IMG/VR virus record: IMGVR_UViG_3300050821_002963
Location: 32,001-96,000 of that record
Length of the DNA stretch: 64,000 nt
Strand: one strand, 5' to 3'
From: a virus
Part shown: piece by piece, positions 53,643 through 62,412 of the stretch
How the letters are laid out: each line of letters opens with the position of its first letter
How positions within the stretch are numbered: the first letter of the stretch is position 1
The notes under the pieces: model-generated
Database searches by the model: none
What the model was told of the DNA's origin: nothing
Seen by the model: the letters and a program-made list of their open reading frames with translations, nothing else
Translations under genes and position numbers: made by a program

Positions 53643-55084
53643 TGGCTAAAGTCCTACTACTCGATAGCCCAAGCTGGCGGTTGTTTAACCCAAAATTGCA
53701 TTGCCATCTTGGTATCCTTTATCTGGCTGGAAGCTTGAGAGAAGCGGGACACGATGTGCGAGTTCTGGATTGTCACAGAGTCACAGGATGGGATGGCGAG
53801 AACCTGATTTTGCATAAGGAGCTGATGGAGCCTTGTGACATTCTTGGTATCTCAGCGACTACTGCCAACGTGAATTGGGGAATTGAAATGGCCAGAGATT
53901 GGCCAGCAAAAGTAAAAGTACTTGGCGGAACGCACGTTACGCATATCATGGAAGGGTCGCACGAGAAGTTCAAGAAGGCAAAGTATTTTCCAGTTTTTGA
54001 CTACTTGTTTGGTGGCGAGTGTGAAGAAATTTTTCCAATTTTTTGCACGCATTGGGAAAAAGGTTGGTTGGATAGCTGGAAGCAAAGATATATCCACGGT
54101 GTTGTGCACAAGTTGGGCGATTCTTTATTTTGGCACGGACCATTCCGAGAACCTGACGTTACTAAATTACCTGGACCGGCGTTCGACTTGTGGGAGGCAG
54201 GTTTTGAAAAAGGAGCCTTGAGCTCGACATCGGCTAAAGGTAAGGAACTAGATGCGAACAGCATGATGACGGCAAGTCTTTACACAGCAAGAGGATGTCC
54301 ATACGGTTGCACGTTCTGTGCGGATGCGAGGACGAAACTTCGTGAAGAGACCTTTGAGCAAATCGAGAAAGAAGCAAAGCAGTTGGCAGAACTTGGGGTA
54401 CAGGCCGTACGGTTACAAGATGATACATTCACCATCAAAGAAGATAGATGCAGAAGAATCTCTGACATCCTGTACAACTACGGATTCAAATGGCGTGCTT
54501 GCACCAGAGTTAACCTTAAGAATGAAAAACTATTTGAGTACATGGCAGAACACGGATGCACAGAACTTGGATTCGGAGTCGAACACGGCTCAGCAAGAAT
54601 GCTAAAGGCGATGAACAAGGGTACAACACCACAAGCTAACGAGTTGGGAATAAAGATGTGTCAGGATGCGGGCATGTTTGCGAGAGCGTTTCTGATGTTG
54701 GGTTTCCCAGGGGAGACTGAGGAATCCATTGAGGAGATGGAAAAATGGATTTTGAAAGTCCGCCCGTCGGCTGTGACACTATCCCTTTTTCAGCCATTTC
54801 CTGGCTCGGATGTTTGGAACCATCCGGAGAAATATGGTGTAGAGATTCCGGACGGGGCTTTCGACAAGTTCTGGCAATTGGGTGGAGACTCAGACCCGGA
54901 CATGATGGTCTTAAGTCTATCGACGATATCGAAGCAGTCTTTATATGCACACAGGCAGCGTCTGATTAAGGTGTTCGAGGCTGAGATTGGAAAGCTGGAC
55001 CGGACGCAGGTGCATGGCAACGTGGGGACATTTGGACCTATGGTAAAAGACGCTGGGTTCAATTCGGATTGTGTGACGGCATGA
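53642..55084 (+). CDS. B12-binding radical SAM enzyme (class B methyltransferase-like)
   Basis: HLGILYLAG..GH.V, VLGGTH, ARGCPYGCTFC, DDTF, GVEHGS, GFPGET. Confidence 0.92.
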   Translation: MAKVLLLDSPSWRLFNPKLHCHLGILYLAGSLREAGHDVRVLDCHRVTGWDGENLILHKELMEPCDILGISATTANVNWGIEMARDWPAKVKVLGGTHVTHIMEGSHEKFKKAKYFPVFDYLFGGECEEIFPIFCTHWEKGWLDSWKQRYIHGVVHKLGDSLFWHGPFREPDVTKLPGPAFDLWEAGFEKGALSSTSAKGKELDANSMMTASLYTARGCPYGCTFCADARTKLREETFEQIEKEAKQLAELGVQAVRLQDDTFTIKEDRCRRISDILYNYGFKWRACTRVNLKNEKLFEYMAEHGCTELGFGVEHGSARMLKAMNKGTTPQANELGIKMCQDAGMFARAFLMLGFPGETEESIEEMEKWILKVRPSAVTLSLFQPFPGSDVWNHPEKYGVEIPDGAFDKFWQLGGDSDPDMMVLSLSTISKQSLYAHRQRLIKVFEAEIGKLDRTQVHGNVGTFGPMVKDAGFNSDCVTA

Positions 55085-55554
55085 GACTACATCCGGCGCC
55101 AGAGTTGAAAGACGTGGACTACCGTTGGTATGCATCTAGATTGGAAGCAATGATAAGGGCTGGTGAGCCTAGTAACTTGTACACTAAGGAAGAAGGTTGG
55201 TTGGAAGAAGCTAAGATTTGCTTCAAGTTTCTGACTACAGTGCCGACGCACGAACTCGGCTTTAAGATTCTCAGATGGAAAGGTCTAAAGAATGAAACTC
55301 GGGATAGTTCTACCCAGCTACCTGTACAACGAGGAAAGGAAGAGATTAGCGGGGAACGCCTTCGTATCCCTAGCGAGAACGGACTCGTTACCGCAGACTT
55401 CCACGTTGCTGCTTCTGGTGAGGCGCGGGACTTCTCAGTCCTACACGGTGCCGATGGAGATGCTGCAAAAGAAATTCCATGTGATACTAAAGACGGACGA
55501 GGGGCTGGAAGGGACGGAACAAACCCTCGCGTTCGGAACTACTTGGTTATTTGA
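55081..55554 (+). CDS. hypothetical protein (3' part overlaps the next gene)
   Basis: ATGA coupling at start; only the first ~70 codons are non-overlapping. Confidence 0.4.
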   Translation: MRLHPAPELKDVDYRWYASRLEAMIRAGEPSNLYTKEEGWLEEAKICFKFLTTVPTHELGFKILRWKGLKNETRDSSTQLPVQRGKEEISGERLRIPSENGLVTADFHVAASGEARDFSVLHGADGDAAKEIPCDTKDGRGAGRDGTNPRVRNYLVI

Positions 55555-55975
55555 GAATAGAGATGTGGACTATGTGACTTGGATGGGAGACGACGCTCTG
55601 TTTAACCCTCTTTGGTTGTGGAGATTGGATGGGTTGATAAAGAGGCATCCGAAGGCGGTGAGTTGGTCGGTGTATCGTTCGGCTTTCGAGTTCGTGCACA
55701 GGACCATACAGGAGACAGAAGAAGATGTAATGGTTCGGTCTATTTGCGGTCATGGGTTGACATTCTCAAAGAAAGAATGGACGGAGTGGGGAATAGATTG
55801 GACAAAGAGAGGTTGGAATTGCCATCAAGGAGATACTTTGGATTTGGTTCACTCGGAGGAAAGGTCGGGTGAGAGATGGGTAACGAAACAGAGTTATGTG
55901 AATCACATGGGCAAAGTCGGCGTACATTGCACTCCGGATATCCCTGAGTACGCGAAAGATTTCCAGCCCGCTTAG
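55292..55975 (+). CDS. GT-A (GT2-like) glycosyltransferase
   Basis: IVLPSY, YVTWMGDDALF, SYVNHMG. Confidence 0.7.
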   Translation: MKLGIVLPSYLYNEERKRLAGNAFVSLARTDSLPQTSTLLLLVRRGTSQSYTVPMEMLQKKFHVILKTDEGLEGTEQTLAFGTTWLFENRDVDYVTWMGDDALFNPLWLWRLDGLIKRHPKAVSWSVYRSAFEFVHRTIQETEEDVMVRSICGHGLTFSKKEWTEWGIDWTKRGWNCHQGDTLDLVHSEERSGERWVTKQSYVNHMGKVGVHCTPDIPEYAKDFQPA

Positions 55976-55989
55976 AAAAAGGAGACTTC

Positions 55990-56241
55990 ATGGGAATTTT
56001 TATCAGTTTTTTGCTACTGCTTTTGAACTTGGTTATCATCGGTGTTTTGTATTGGGGTATAACTGAAATTCTAGCAGTCATACCTTTTATTCCACAGCCA
56101 ATCAAAAATGTACTGCTTACGATTCTTAAAGTGATTGTGGTTATCATCGCCGTAATCTGGGTAGCTAATTGGGTGATGGTAGTGCTGGCTAACGGAGCGG
56201 GCTTCGGTGTGCCAGTATTTATTCCGTACCATAGGCATTGA
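55990..56241 (+). CDS. two-TM membrane protein
   Basis: two long hydrophobic helices around IPQPIK. Confidence 0.65.
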   Translation: MGIFISFLLLLLNLVIIGVLYWGITEILAVIPFIPQPIKNVLLTILKVIVVIIAVIWVANWVMVVLANGAGFGVPVFIPYHRH

Positions 56242-56519
56242 GAACCAAGGATGTGAAAATGATTAGAGGAGAACGAAGAGAAACACTACGGACCACGGAT
56301 AGGAGGACAGTGGTCCGTACTCCAGGCAAGTTGAAAAAGATTTTGGATATTACGTATGCGACTATAAGGAGACAGAACGATGAGAGACGAGAAGGCGATA
56401 GTGGAAAAGAAAGAAGAGATTCTTGAGCTGGTTAGAAAAATGGGGACGGAAGAGGATGGGCACGATTACGTACAATCAGTAGCTATGGCTGGCGCAGAAT
56501 TAGTGGAATTGGAGAAGCA

Positions 56520-57452
56520 ATGAAGGTTGGACTGATATCGAATTGGGATGTGCAGTGTGGCAATGCTGAGTATGGACGGGCTCTTTGTCATGAGCTGAGG
56601 AAAGAGTTTGAGGTAGTGGAACTGCCACCTGATACCGGTCTGGCGCGGAAAGAAATTTCCCTCGACAAGGATATACGGTTGGTTATAATTAACTGGCACG
56701 GTGGAAGGGTCCAAGTCAGAAAAGAAGATACAGGGCAGATGCAGGATAAGGGTGTGAAAGTTATCGTCATTGACCAGAATTGTACTGGAGGTGCTGGGGC
56801 AGTGGGTTTTGGTGCGGATGGTTACGTGGCACATGAGCCGGCAAAAAATATAAGGTACAGTTTCATTCCGCACGGGATTCCAGAAGTGGAGACAAGCAAG
56901 GTCTTGTCCAAAGTGGCAATGGTTGGTACGGCCGGGTTTCCTTTTCCATGGAAGCGATACGATGTGGTGGCGGAGGTAGCAAAGAAGTTCAACATAATGG
57001 CTTTGATGATTGCTCCGAAGTCGGATCAGATGAACACGGATGTGTTTATGGATGGCATCAAAGGTCACATTCCTGGTTTGGCTTTGATTCACAGGGAGTG
57101 GTTACCGACTGCGGAAGTAGTAAGAATGCTTTCGGAATGTGTCTTGAACATCTTTTGGTTCCAGTCTATGGACTCATCGGATGAGTTGGGACAGTCGGGT
57201 TCGGTACGGTTGGGCATAGCAGCGAAGAGGCCAACGATTATCTCGACCCACAGGAAGTTGAAGACACTGTGGAAGTACGACGATGAGTTGTACATCTGTC
57301 CAAAGGAAGAGGATGTGTACAAGGCGGTAGAAGAAATTCTCTTGGCACCACATCTGGCTAAGATACCAGACAAGATTTTGAAAGAGCAGGGTTGGTCGGT
57401 GACAGGGAAGCAGTACAGAGAATTGGTAAAGGAGTTGGATTGCAATTCTTAA
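56520..57452 (+). CDS. GT-B (GT4-like) glycosyltransferase, paralogue of 52454
   Basis: MKVGLISNWDVQCGNAEY, IPHGIP, GFPFPWK, GQSGSVRLGIAAKRP. Confidence 0.8.
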   Translation: MKVGLISNWDVQCGNAEYGRALCHELRKEFEVVELPPDTGLARKEISLDKDIRLVIINWHGGRVQVRKEDTGQMQDKGVKVIVIDQNCTGGAGAVGFGADGYVAHEPAKNIRYSFIPHGIPEVETSKVLSKVAMVGTAGFPFPWKRYDVVAEVAKKFNIMALMIAPKSDQMNTDVFMDGIKGHIPGLALIHREWLPTAEVVRMLSECVLNIFWFQSMDSSDELGQSGSVRLGIAAKRPTIISTHRKLKTLWKYDDELYICPKEEDVYKAVEEILLAPHLAKIPDKILKEQGWSVTGKQYRELVKELDCNS

Positions 57453-58174
57453 CAGCCAACACGCCATTCGGTATGTTCAAGTACGTCTCGACAGACGACA
57501 TTGGACAAAGAATTGCCTCGAACAAGTTCTGGGATGAGCACCTTCGTTCAGCAATGGATAGGGTGGAGCCTGGAAAAGTTATGGTGGACATCGGGGCTAA
57601 CTTGGGATTCTTTGTTGTGTACTTGGCTAGGAAGGGAGTAAAGGTGCATGCCTTCGAGCCGTGCAATGGGGTGTTTGAGATGTTGGCTGACAACGTGGCT
57701 CTGAATGGTGTAGAGGATATGGTTACTCTACACAAGACAGCTCTTTACTCTAGAGAGACGGACTTGCACAAGAATACGGAGTGTGGTTGGACGTATCCTG
57801 CGACAAGTAATGGTGAGTTGGACTTCGAGCGTATAGTTAACTCCGGCCAGCTGTGTCTAAAACCAGGATTTGGCGGAGTCTACGCTATGCAGGGGAAAAC
57901 TTTGGATAGCTACAAGTTGGAGGACGTAGCGTTAATAAAATCGGATGCACAGGGATGTGACCTACAGGCTTTGAGAGGGGCACGGGAAACAATAGATAGA
58001 TGCAAGCCGATACTGTGTTTCGAGTTTGAGAGGATTCCATCTTTGGTGCATGGAGACACAAAAGCTTCTTACGAAGGGTTTGTGGAAGAGATTGGATATA
58101 GGATTGAGATGGCTTTCAATCCGGACCCATGTAGACATGACGACTACTCGGATTACGTGGCGGTGCCTAAATGA
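57440..58174 (+). CDS. FkbM-family methyltransferase
   Basis: VDIGANLG, HAFEP, TLDS..LIKSDAQGCD..LRGA..I..KP; TTG start with AAGGAG SD. Confidence 0.9.
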   Translation: MQFLTANTPFGMFKYVSTDDIGQRIASNKFWDEHLRSAMDRVEPGKVMVDIGANLGFFVVYLARKGVKVHAFEPCNGVFEMLADNVALNGVEDMVTLHKTALYSRETDLHKNTECGWTYPATSNGELDFERIVNSGQLCLKPGFGGVYAMQGKTLDSYKLEDVALIKSDAQGCDLQALRGARETIDRCKPILCFEFERIPSLVHGDTKASYEGFVEEIGYRIEMAFNPDPCRHDDYSDYVAVPK

Positions 58175-58893
58175 TTTTCTCCAGAACGATGAGGCTGGAC
58201 GACTACAACTATTTGACAGAGGAAAGCTTGTTGATGCAGCAGATAGTCAACGCTATCCAGATGTGGTATCCAGCTCAGCATCAGCATAGGAGATGGGAAT
58301 ACGCGCTGGCATTAAAAGCTTTCAAGCAAGTGTTTGGAGAACAGAAAGGTTTAACGGTTACTGACCACGGATGCGGAGCTGGATTCCTTAGTCCAATGAT
58401 GTACTGGTTGGGACAGAACGTTTGGATGTACGAGTGCTGGACGATGGGAAGTGCTGAGCAGTACATGATGGAGCAGATGAGGCGGGTGGGAGTTCACCGT
58501 GGGCAGGATGCTGGAACGTATGAGATGCGGACTAGGCCATTGGGTGAGTTGGTCGAGGCGGATGGTGGGGTCGACGCGGCCTTTTGCATATCGACACTTG
58601 AGCACATTGGAGAGTATCAAAAAGCTTTTCGGGATTTATTGAACACGGTTAAGCCCGGTGGATTGCTTGGGCTTACGACGGATTTCGCAGAGCACGAGTT
58701 GGATGACTATCAATACGCCGGCCTTAGGGCCGGCAAGATGTTTACTGAGAAAACGTATTTGGAATTGGAAGCTATAGGTGAAGAGAATGGATTTGAACTT
58801 TTAGGTGGCGCGGCCGATTGGGGTTGGTCGGAAGAGAATCGTTTGGTTAATAACTATGGCTTTGCAGCTTTATTCATGGTGAGGCATGAATGA
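58171..58893 (+). CDS. class I SAM-dependent methyltransferase
   Basis: RRWEY, DHGCGAG, CISTLEHI, VKPGG..TTDF. Confidence 0.85.
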   Translation: MIFSRTMRLDDYNYLTEESLLMQQIVNAIQMWYPAQHQHRRWEYALALKAFKQVFGEQKGLTVTDHGCGAGFLSPMMYWLGQNVWMYECWTMGSAEQYMMEQMRRVGVHRGQDAGTYEMRTRPLGELVEADGGVDAAFCISTLEHIGEYQKAFRDLLNTVKPGGLLGLTTDFAEHELDDYQYAGLRAGKMFTEKTYLELEAIGEENGFELLGGAADWGWSEENRLVNNYGFAALFMVRHE

Positions 58894-59393
58894 AAGAACG
58901 ATGGAAGCCTGTTTTTGGGGGCATATACGCTGTATCGGATAGAGGTAGAGTTAGAAGGGAAGCTCCAGGAATTAATACTTTCCCTGGAAAGATTTTGAGA
59001 CCTTGCCCAGTTCCAGATTGGTATGTAGTTGGCGTGGCTGTGGTTAATGGAAAAAGAATTTCGTACAACGTCCACGTTTTAGTTGCAGAGGCTTTTCTAG
59101 GACCTAGACCTAGAGGAAAGCAAGTGAATCATAAGGATGGAGATAAACACAATAACGTTTGGAAGAACTTGGAGTACAAGACACCTAAGCAAAACCAACA
59201 GCATTCTTCTAAGCTAGGATTAATAGCGTATGGGGAAAGAAACGGTAACTCCAAGTTGACTGAGAAAAAAGTTGCTGAAATGCGGGAAAAGTTTGCGATA
59301 AGTAAGCCTAGTTACGTTCAGTTAGGTAGACAGTTTGGTGTTACAAAAGAAATGGCAAGTCTGATTATAAGAAGGAAGAATTGGGTTAGATAA
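58890..59393 (+). mobile_element. free-standing NUMOD4-HNH homing endonuclease
   Basis: ERWKPV..YAVSDRGRVR, VHVLVAEAFLG..VNHKDGDKHNN..NLEY, GERNGNSKLT, HTH. Confidence 0.9.
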
Positions 59394-59436
59394 GAACGAA
59401 GGAAAGGAATTCAAATGCGGAACAGACGGAACAAGA

Positions 59437-60489
59437 ATGAAAACGGCTTTGGTTACAGGAGCATTGGGGCAGGACGGTACTTACCTAACAGAACATCTGT
59501 TGGGATTGGGTTACAGAGTAGTTGGTTTAATCAGGAGAACTCCTTGGTCCAGTAAGCAGGCAGTGAACTGGGCGTTGAAGCAAAGTTGGGCAGACAACGT
59601 GGAGTTCGTTTACGGGGATGTGAGAGACGAAGCTTCGCTCAGAAGTGCCATCAAGAAAGCATGGCCGGACGAGATTTACAATCTAGCGGGACAGGTGTAT
59701 GTGCCACTTTCTTGGGAACAAGCGGAACATACGTTCGATGTGAACGTTGGGGGCTTGGCTAGGATTCTGAGAATCGTGGAACAGGTGAAAGCGGATACGA
59801 AAGTCTACCAGGCTTCCAGTTCAGAGATGTATGGGAATCATGCGGGTGAATGTGATGACAAAACAGAGATGTGGCCAGAGTCCCCCTACGGAATCTCGAA
59901 ATTGGCGGCTCATAGATTGGTTGCCTTATACCGTAGTCGGGGTTTGTTCTGTGTTGCTGGAATTTTATTTAATCACGAAAGCCCTCGTCGTGGTCACGAA
60001 ATGGTTACAAGAAAGATTGCTAGGGCAGTAGCAGAGTGGTCTATGGGTTCGGATGAGATTCTTTCTTTGGGCAATATGGACTCGAGAAGGGATTGGGGCT
60101 TCGCTGGAGAATATGTAAAGGCAATGCACAAGATGTTGCAGCAGCCGGAAGCGGATGACTACGTGGTCGGTACGGGCGTATCACATTCGGTGCAGGAGTT
60201 TCTCAGTACGGCTTGTGAAGTGTTGGGAGTTGAGAAGCAGTTTGCAAACGAGCATACAAAGATAGATGAGAGATTTGTCAGGAAGCAAGAGATATTCGAT
60301 ATGAGGGCGGACAACAAAAAGATAAGAGAAAAGCTTGGATGGGAACCTAGAATCTCCTTTCGGCAACTTGTACAATGTATGTGTCAGGCCGAGGTGGATA
60401 AGATAAGGAACAGAGAGCAGTTTGGAGAACTAGAGGAGGCCCAGTCCAATGTCAATGAGCCAGGAGTTGTTCGCGCAGTTAGCGATTGA
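59437..60489 (+). CDS. gmd: GDP-mannose 4,6-dehydratase
   Basis: TGALGQDGTYL, PDEIYNLAGQ, QASSSEMYG, PYGISK, LFNHESPRRG, RDWG. Confidence 0.92.
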   Translation: MKTALVTGALGQDGTYLTEHLLGLGYRVVGLIRRTPWSSKQAVNWALKQSWADNVEFVYGDVRDEASLRSAIKKAWPDEIYNLAGQVYVPLSWEQAEHTFDVNVGGLARILRIVEQVKADTKVYQASSSEMYGNHAGECDDKTEMWPESPYGISKLAAHRLVALYRSRGLFCVAGILFNHESPRRGHEMVTRKIARAVAEWSMGSDEILSLGNMDSRRDWGFAGEYVKAMHKMLQQPEADDYVVGTGVSHSVQEFLSTACEVLGVEKQFANEHTKIDERFVRKQEIFDMRADNKKIREKLGWEPRISFRQLVQCMCQAEVDKIRNREQFGELEEAQSNVNEPGVVRAVSD

Positions 60490-60982
60490 GTACAGGCCAA
60501 AAATTCTTCGTGCGGCATTAAAGATGATGCATCATAAAGAAGATGCAGAAGATGTGGTTCAGATGGCTATGCTGCAAGCTTTCAAGCATAAGGATGACTT
60601 TAGCTATAGGTCTTCCTTTGGTACTTGGTTACATCGCATCATGTTAAATGAGTTGCGGATGTTCTACCGCGCTAGGAAGTGTGGTAGATGGAATGCTTCT
60701 CTGGAGAAGCCAATAGATTTGGTAGAGTACAACAAGTTAGTGGAGGATGAGAACCTTAGACCGGATATCTTATTCGCGAACAAAGCTATCCGGTTGGCTT
60801 TCGAAGATGCTTTGGATAGGCTCCCACCGTCTCAGAAAGATGTGGCTTTGCTAAGATTCGGTTTGGGTATGACATTGAAAGAGATGGCACAGAATCTGAA
60901 CAAGACGGAAGTGGCTGTGAAGGCTGCTTTGCACGTTGCAAGAGCCAAGCTAAAAGTACAGTTGGTGGGAGTCGAGACATGA
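60449..60982 (+). CDS. ECF-type RNA polymerase sigma factor
   Basis: DAEDVVQ..F..SSFGTWLHRI..N (region 2); LDRLPP.Q..LR..G...EMA...VKAALH.AR (region 4). Confidence 0.88.
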   Translation: MSMSQELFAQLAIEYRPKILRAALKMMHHKEDAEDVVQMAMLQAFKHKDDFSYRSSFGTWLHRIMLNELRMFYRARKCGRWNASLEKPIDLVEYNKLVEDENLRPDILFANKAIRLAFEDALDRLPPSQKDVALLRFGLGMTLKEMAQNLNKTEVAVKAALHVARAKLKVQLVGVET

Positions 60983-61413
60983 ATATAGAAACTTTAATCA
61001 GGAACATGAAGGCTTACGGTACACCAGAAGGGGTCAAGTTGGCGTGGGAAAGTAGACCACGAGCTCTGGGTAGGCCTAGACCACAGCTACTTGAGTCCAG
61101 GTACCTGTCTTTGGAATTAAGGAACTCACCCCTTCCGCACGTGTTTGAGAACTCGGACAAGACGAGTTGGCACTGGTCTTCGGACAAATCTAATCTAGTG
61201 GTGGAGACGGTGGAAGAGCCAAACACAGAAGACAGACCAAACGCCTTGGGTATGGAAATCAAAACGACGTACACTATTCCAGTAAGGAATATTACCTATT
61301 GGGGGCCGGAGCAGGAGTCTCCGATCTACTTAAAAAGAAAAGGCATGGAACCATCCAGCCAATACAAGACGGGATTCATGATGGGGATGAAAGGCAAGAA
61401 GAGGGTCAATTGA
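60979..61413 (+). CDS. hypothetical protein, possible leader-bearing head protein
   Basis: MNIETLIRNMKA-YGTPEGVKLAWESR. Confidence 0.55.
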   Translation: MNIETLIRNMKAYGTPEGVKLAWESRPRALGRPRPQLLESRYLSLELRNSPLPHVFENSDKTSWHWSSDKSNLVVETVEEPNTEDRPNALGMEIKTTYTIPVRNITYWGPEQESPIYLKRKGMEPSSQYKTGFMMGMKGKKRVN

Positions 61414-62396
61414 ATCTGGCTAATGCAATCAAGCTGAAGAGTCTGGACGGAGCGGCGGCCGGAACACAGGCTACGGTCCCAGACTCTCGTTCGGCGGACG
61501 ACTGGATTAAGAAGTTCCTGGACGACAAGAATAAGCGGTTGAATGCTCTGCGCAGAGAATTGAATCATCTTATCGGCCCTGAGAAGGGGGAATGGCACGC
61601 AGCGGTCAGAGAAGACAAGAAGTCAGCCTTTCCTCAGTCTCCTGGAAAAACGGCACAAGGTGGACGGTGGGCTGTAGTATCACCAGAAGATGAAATCATT
61701 TCCACTTGGCCCAGCAAAGAAGAAGCGTATCGAGCCGCGTTTCCCTATTGGCGAGGATTACTTCCCTCAGCAACGGGGCCAACTGGTGGGGCGAGAGTTA
61801 AAAGAGTTCGGGATGTGAGGGCTGGTGGGCCAGGTAGTGGGTGTCAGGGTGAGAACTGTGGAAGACCAAAAACTGTTAGTGAGGTTTTCCCACTAGAGCT
61901 CAGCAAGACTCTTATGGATGATGATTTGCGTGAGAGGTCTTTCGACGCTCAGTCAAAGTCGTCTGGAATGCGGCAGACGATTGACATTAACAAGTTAGTG
62001 GCTACGCAAGATAAGTTGTATCCTGAGGTGCTTGAGCAATACTATAGGACAGGAGCTATCAAAGATGCTCAGGGCGAGCTTCCAGTTTTGATAAAGGATG
62101 GAGAGAAGTACTACATTGAGGATGGGCATCATCGTATGGTTGCACAGAAGTTGATTGGTTTAAAAAAGGTGCGAGCTTTGGTGTACGATGCTTCACCAAA
62201 AGAAGTTCAGGCGGCAGACATCTTTGAAGACCCTGACCACGGAGACAGAACGAGGGCTAAATTTCTAAAGCACGCGAAACCTAAAGTCGTACAGGATGCG
62301 GACCAACTAAGAATGGCGGACAAAAGGCCCAGCTCACATGGGCAAGGAGCTGCTGGCACGGGTGGTGCGGCAGGACCGAGTGGGGGAGGAACGTAG
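61410..62396 (+). CDS. multi-segment protein: leader, internal GGPGSGC motif, ParB/Srx-like domain
   Basis: TTG start MNLANAIKLKS; VRA-GGPGSGCQGENCGRP; IDINKLVATQ..PVLIK..YYIEDGHHR. Confidence 0.72.
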   Translation: MNLANAIKLKSLDGAAAGTQATVPDSRSADDWIKKFLDDKNKRLNALRRELNHLIGPEKGEWHAAVREDKKSAFPQSPGKTAQGGRWAVVSPEDEIISTWPSKEEAYRAAFPYWRGLLPSATGPTGGARVKRVRDVRAGGPGSGCQGENCGRPKTVSEVFPLELSKTLMDDDLRERSFDAQSKSSGMRQTIDINKLVATQDKLYPEVLEQYYRTGAIKDAQGELPVLIKDGEKYYIEDGHHRMVAQKLIGLKKVRALVYDASPKEVQAADIFEDPDHGDRTRAKFLKHAKPKVVQDADQLRMADKRPSSHGQGAAGTGGAAGPSGGGT

Positions 62397-62412
62397 GAGA
62401 AAGAAAGGTCCC

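Noticed and set aside
55292-55554. Functional dual-coding overlap between 55081-55554 and the GT-A gene
   Set aside because: The overlapping part of the upstream frame has no recognisable features and is most simply a run-on after stop loss
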